DNA of 64,000 nt, taken from Fimicolochytrium jonesii. Taxonomy: Eukaryota. The notes below the pieces were generated by a model that was not told where the DNA came from, ran no database searches, and saw only the letters and a program-made list of their open reading frames with translations. The position numbers were made by a program, and so were the translations under genes. Every line of letters starts with the position of its first letter. Within the stretch, counting starts at the first letter, position 1. This document shows positions 60,873-64,000 of the stretch, one piece after another. The stretch covers positions 496,001 to 560,000 of the forward strand of contig NW_026515679.1 in the NCBI RefSeq assembly GCF_025526975.1, read 5' to 3'.

Positions 60873-61107
60873 GATGGACGGCGTACCGGATCGGTTTGGA
60901 AAATGCCATCGATACTACTCATTCGAGGTCCATATGATTTCATTGTCCAACAATTGCCTCGACGTTCCCATCATACGCCCAAATCTCGCAGTCCAAAACG
61001 TCCAGTGGCATCTACGCCGAAACTCTACCCCGCTACACAGGTTTTGAAGAGTCCAACCATGCGTCGCAAGCAGCTAATCTGCATCCACTCCCCAATTCAT
61101 CCTCACC

Positions 61108-62129
61108 TCACTCCCCATCAGGCCTCGGCAACCTCTTGATAACCCTCGCCGGATTACCCGCAACCACAGTATACGCCTCCACATCCTTCGTTACGACACT
61201 GCCAGCGCCCACCGTGACGCCGTTGCCGATCGTGACACCCGGGCATACGATCACATTGCCGCCGAACCAGACGTCGTTGCCGATCTGGGGGAGGTGGGTG
61301 AGTATGATTTCGAGTGAGTGGGGATGTTGGGAATCTTACCGTGATGGGTTTGCCGAGCTCGGGACCCCAGTTGCGGCGTACGGCGGGGTCTGTAAGAATA
61401 CTTCAAATATTAGCGGGTTGCAGCTGGGATTAAAGGATGCATGTTGTCCTACTTACCAACGGGATGCGTCGCAGATAGCAGCGACACATTTGGCCCAAAC
61501 AGCCTGCAAGTTCAGTGTCACGTCCATCAGCAAATGCCATCGTCCGCGTCGTGAGTGGGAGCGTTCGACTAGGGACCATCGCGTCGCTAGGCCACATTGT
61601 AAACCACAGCAAGTGTCCTTACACGTCGTTCCCAATCGTTACGCGGCAGGTATCAAGAATCACCGCACCAAAGTTCTGCGCAAAGAAGTTGGGTATCAGA
61701 CGTTGGTGTCCATCGCTGGCGAAAACCAGGAGTTGGTAGTTTGAAGCCAGAAACGCTCAGCAGCTCACCATAAAGACCCGTTCGCCTATATACGTATTGC
61801 ATCCCTACAACAAGCAACACGACGCAGATCAATCCAACCCCATCCACGAATTCCTTGCCCCATTACTATTCCGCGGCACCCTCACCCACATAGTCCATCC
61901 GCACAGGTGGCAAAATCACTACATCCTTCCCAATCCCTCCACACAGCTGATCAAGTATCGCCTTCAACCCGGCTGCATCTTCGGGGTCGGAATCGTTGAA
62001 CTTCTTGCAGAGACGGAGGGCGGTGTTGCGCTTGGCGAGGAGGGCTGGGTCGCTGGCGAGGTAGAGGTCGCCGGCGAGCATTTTTTGTTCCTCCGTGCGG
62101 GAGTCGGGTTGCTGCAGCCGAGAGGACAT
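61108..62129 (-). CDS. Maltose/galactoside O-acetyltransferase (hexapeptide repeat), multi-exon
   Basis: [71 protein letters not shown]. Confidence 0.9.
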
Positions 62130-62464
62130 ATTAGCGAAAGCAAGAGGGGGTTGAATCGCGTATATGGAGATGAGAGGGATGGCGATGATGCCGGCAAGAT
62201 TGCGAGCTCAAGTGATCAAACAGTTTGAGGAGGAGCCTGTTAGTAACGTTGTGTTTTATCCTGTTTGCTGACATAGGCCCCTTGCCTTTGCCTTTCTCCT
62301 CCTCGTTTCTCTCGCCCTTCGGTCCGGAGAGCATTTCCCAACTGCCCATAATGCCACGTTCTCACGTTTCTAAAGCAGTATATGTTTTACAGAAGCAAAT
62401 ATCCTTCTCAACTTTCGTTTCACGTCCTCCCGTAAAGCCAGCCAGCGACAAACCAGTCAGCAAC

Positions 62465-62779
62465 ATGGCTACCACCGTGCAACCAGCCGACGCTTCGGCA
62501 GCAGTCCAAGTCGACGACGGCGACCAGCACCTCCAAACAGAAGACACTCCTCTCCTCGGGGAGACACAACAGGCCGCCAGCCGAACATACCCAAACGACT
62601 CCGACCTCCTCATAAAAGCCACCAAGAACAGCTGGAAACAATGGCTGTGCGTCGCATTTCTGTGCGTGTATTTTATCTACATCCCGCATAAGCTACGTGA
62701 CGCATTGGCGGGCAGCGATGCCGATGTTCGCGGGGTGCATATCGTCTCCCTCAACCCGGACGGCGTTGTTCTCTGCTAA
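62465..62779 (+). other. Short ORF with one hydrophobic segment; possibly a truncated membrane-protein gene or pseudogene
   Basis: EDTPLL dileucine-like motif followed by a TM-like stretch, then an early stop. No convincing downstream exon. Confidence 0.3.
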
Positions 62780-63364
62780 AGCTATCCTTTGAGCACCACC
62801 GCCCGAGACGGAAATATGAACTTAATACCACTTCACGACGGTTGTCCATCGCACAATTGACAAAAATAGGCGGGCCCTACGGAAACCGAGGGAGTTTCTC
62901 GCTCGATTCTTTTCTTGATGGACATCGGGTCGAAAAGTCAGTTCGTTTCCAGCTCCGTGGAGCTCAGGGAGATTATACGAGAGGTGTGCGATACCATCAT
63001 TGTACGTATCACGTTATCCTTGCGGTTGCGCACACGGATATCAAGTGTCTTCTTTCCAAAACACAAACTTGGAAACCACCAAGGTTTATGGAAATAAGCA
63101 ATCCTGTTTGGTATTTCCACGGGACAAGGGGGCTGGGGAAGAAAGGAGACGCGTATGAGTGACAGCACCCGTTATTGTGCGACTGACTTGAGGCAGTAGA
63201 CGCGTTTCTCACAGTGAGGGAGCCACAAGAGCCACAGCGGGAAGACCCCGTTTGGACTCGGCAACCCCCTCATCACCAGTCCGGATTCCCACGTTTCCCA
63301 AGCACAACCCGCCAGACATCCTGCATCCTTATCCACCGCAGAGCTTTCCCTAGTGACTGCCACA

Positions 63365-64000
63365 ATGACCTCAATTGGTACCGGAGTATGTATGCCCAGC
63401 AGCTTCCCATTTCCGTCACCCGCTCTTGGAGCAAACAACTTTGAAGATCACAGTCTCACCACCCATCGTCCTCTCCTTTCATAGTACGATTTATCAGCCT
63501 CAACATACTCTCCCGACGGCCGTATCTTCCAGGTCGAGTATGCCGTGAAGGCCGTCGAGAACAGCGGGTGAGTGGAGTGACACGAACGTCATTGCACCCA
63601 TTCGCTATGTGAACTCAAACTTCGGTTTGATCTCGACCATCTAGCACGTGCATTGGCCTACGCTGCAAGGATGGCGTCGTGCTGGCGGTGGAGAAGCTTG
63701 TGCAGTCGAAGCTGCTGATTCCGGGGTCGAATAGGCGGATTGCTACGGCGGATATGCATATCGGAATTGTGAGTGGGCGAGTGGGAGAATCAAGGGATAT
63801 TGTTGAGACCAGAAAAGGAGCTGAATGGGTTTGTTTTGTTTTGATATAGGCGACCGCAGGACTTTTGGCGGACGCAAGGCATCTTGTCAACCGCGTGCGG
63901 GAAGAGGCGCAGAACTACCGAGACATCTATCGCACGCCCATCCCCGGAAAGGTGAGACGACTCGGTGCCCTCCCTTACGACACAGCCGCCATGAAGCTCA
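63365..64000 (+). CDS. PSMA3: 20S proteasome subunit alpha7 (PSMA3/Pre10), multi-exon, runs off the window end
   Basis: MTSIGTG|YDLSASTYSPDGRIFQVEYAVKAVENSG..CKDGVVLAVEKLVQSKLL. Confidence 0.95.

Overview
Gene-dense, intron-rich eukaryotic DNA with mostly 50-100 nt GT-AG introns. It is most likely from a zoosporic (chytrid-like) fungus, because it combines fungal-type genes with the ciliary gene IFT70/TTC30. About 25 protein genes are recognisable: AASS-like, CDC6, IFT70, PP4R4-like, MaoC dehydratase, two secreted Cys-rich proteins, MPG, HPRT, DNMT2, ArsM, ProRS, importin-11, NDUFS4, TSR1, PCID2, PEX11, LIG4, ASH1-like, DUF262, WSS1, dienelactone hydrolase, maltose acetyltransferase and proteasome alpha7. 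Four items stand out. (1) A spliced Fanzor1 (eukaryotic TnpB, RNA-guided nuclease) remnant at about 21.8-23.2 kb, with two clean introns and a diverged direct repeat where an omegaRNA would lie. (2) Four unusually long introns in unrelated genes that share sense-oriented GCGAACGCCTT / GGCGCAATA / GCGAGCG motifs. (3) An intergenic stem-loop displaying CCCTAACCCTAA. (4) A GliT-like pseudogene in an accessory patch. All calls come from reading the sequence by eye and from recalled family motifs; no searches were run. Spliced gene coordinates span first to last exon.
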